Shown one piece after another: positions 44,573 through 45,667 of a stretch of DNA of 45,667 bases. Positions within the stretch are counted from its first letter, which is position 1, and each line of letters opens with the position of its first letter. A program made the position numbers and the translations under genes. Source of the stretch: Candidatus Doudnabacteria bacterium (GTDB lineage: Bacteria; Patescibacteriota; JAQUNI01); NCBI GenBank assembly GCA_041644975.1, contig JBAZQX010000003.1:73530-119196 (forward strand). Direction: 5' to 3'. The notes beneath the pieces are model-generated. The model was not told where the DNA came from and did no database searches. It saw nothing but the letters and a program-made list of their open reading frames with translations.

Positions 44573-44905
44573 TTTTGTCATTCTGATCCAAGCTCAGAAT
44601 CTTATCATCTAATGAGATCCTGAAATAAATTCAGCATGACAACTCTATTGTGTCATTCCGAACTTGGTTCGGAATCTTAAAATCCAACGAGATACTGAAA
44701 TAAGCCTGCCCTGATGAATATCAGGGTTCAGGTCGTTCAGATCTTCAGATTCTGAACGAACTCTGAAGAGAAGACAATTTAAAATGTCTTGCTGAATTCA
44801 TTTCAGCATCTTCAGGGGTAGATCCTGAAATAAATTCAGGATGACAAACCAAAAAGATCCTGAACCAAGTTCAGAGCTTGCCCTGAATTCACTTCAGGGA
44901 AGACA
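44573..44905. repeat. Field of GATCCTGAA.TAAATTCAGGATGACA-type palindromic repeats (left of the GIY-YIG gene)
   Basis: Copies at about 44612-44640 and 44820-44850, with variants (GTCATTCCGAACTTGGTTCGGAATC, CTGAACCAAGTTCAG, CCCTGAATTCACTTCAGGG). Confidence 0.7.
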
Positions 44906-44910
44906 AACCG

Positions 44911-45207
44911 ATGGTTTACACAAAAAACTACTATGTCTATATTTTAACAAATAAAAAAAGAGGGGTTTTATATATTGGAGTAACAAATGATTTATTAAGA
45001 AGAATGGATGAACATAGACAAGAGGTAGTCTCCGGGTTTACTAAAAAATATCATCTTAAAAAATTAGTCCATTATGAGGCGACAGATGATATCAATAGAG
45101 CAATTGAAAGAGAAAAACAATTAAAAAATTGGCATCGGCAATGGAAAATTAATTTAATAGAAAAAGAAAATCCGAATTGGCAAGATTTATATGATGATTT
45201 AATTTAA
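44911..45207 (+). CDS. GIY-YIG domain nuclease
   Basis: YYVYILTNKKRGVLYIGVTNDLLRRMDEHR...REKQLKNWHRQWKINLIE. Confidence 0.85.
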   Translation: MVYTKNYYVYILTNKKRGVLYIGVTNDLLRRMDEHRQEVVSGFTKKYHLKKLVHYEATDDINRAIEREKQLKNWHRQWKINLIEKENPNWQDLYDDLI

Positions 45208-45465
45208 GATGTCTTTTTAAGATGTCTTATTTCAGCATCTCCATTAAACTTCTGTCTTGCTGAACCCTGATATCCATCAGGACAAGTTTTATTTCAGCAT
45301 CTTCATTCTTTAGAGGAATCCTGTAGAAGAGATCCTGAAATTAATTCAGGATGACAAGCCGCTGTCTGTCTTGCTGAACCCTGATATCCATCAGGGCATG
45401 CTTGTTTCAGCATCTTCAAGGTTCAAAGGAGATCCTGAACTAAATTCAGGATGACAGAGCCGAGA
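45208..45465. repeat. Field of the same palindromic repeats (right of the GIY-YIG gene)
   Basis: GAGATCCTGAAATTAATTCAGGATGACAAGCC and GAGATCCTGAACTAAATTCAGGATGACAGAGCC, alternating with TGTCTTGCTGAACCCTGATATCCATCAGG...TTTCAGCATCTTCA units. Confidence 0.7.
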
Positions 45466-45667
45466 TTCCTTTTAAAGCACAGACTGTGGATAAAAACTTA
45501 ACTTAAAAATTAAAAAGTGGTATAGTAAAGTAGAAGTTGTTCTATATTGAAAATATTGAGTTTAGCGAAATATTGCTGTTGCTAAATTTATGGATGATTT
45601 GTGGCAACTTTTGTTTTTTCACATTTCCTCTAACTTTATGCAAAAAATAAAAATTAAAACGGGGGGG

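Noticed and set aside
1-45667. Search for an integron integrase or any tyrosine or serine recombinase to go with the cassette array.
   Set aside because: None of the ORF translations shows recombinase motifs (no R..H.xR..Y pattern in an ORF of suitable size). The array is therefore reported as integrase-less within this window.

Overview
This window looks like the origin-proximal region of a small, AT-leaning genome of Candidate Phyla Radiation / Patescibacteria type. That assignment is inferred from the intron-interrupted 23S rRNA, the many TrbC/VirB2-like small pilin genes, the scattered GIY-YIG genes and the dense families of intergenic palindromes. From left to right: (1) The 3' end of an rRNA operon, with 23S interrupted by two group I introns, one carrying a frameshifted LAGLIDADG gene, followed by 5S and tRNA-Ser. 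(2) A roughly 9 kb block (about 2.5-11.7 kb) of ten co-oriented ORFs. Each is followed by an imperfect palindrome whose ends are RYYYAAC-like and GTTRRRY-like. I read this as an integron-type gene-cassette array with no integrase in the window (CALIN-like). Its cargo includes a TIR-domain protein, two papain/transglutaminase-fold thiol hydrolases, a degenerate Nudix-like protein, a tandem paralog pair and a membrane-anchored beta-propeller. (3) Housekeeping genes: a methyltransferase, an RpoD-like sigma factor, galU and a solute-binding protein. (4) A six-gene cluster of TrbC/VirB2-like pilin-domain proteins, including a roughly 1240 aa pilin-adhesin fusion. (5) tRNA-Leu and a GIY-YIG module. 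(6) A minus-strand surface-glycan cluster: two O-antigen-ligase-like genes, GT4, GT2 and a flippase. (7) The classical origin neighbourhood jag-yidC-yidD-rnpA-rpmH / dnaA-dnaN-recF-DUF721, with DnaA boxes. (8) PBP1A, a NifU-like protein, tyrS and another GIY-YIG gene embedded in palindromic repeats. The cassette array is the most interesting item. All calls rest on reading the sequence and the ORF translations; no searches were run.
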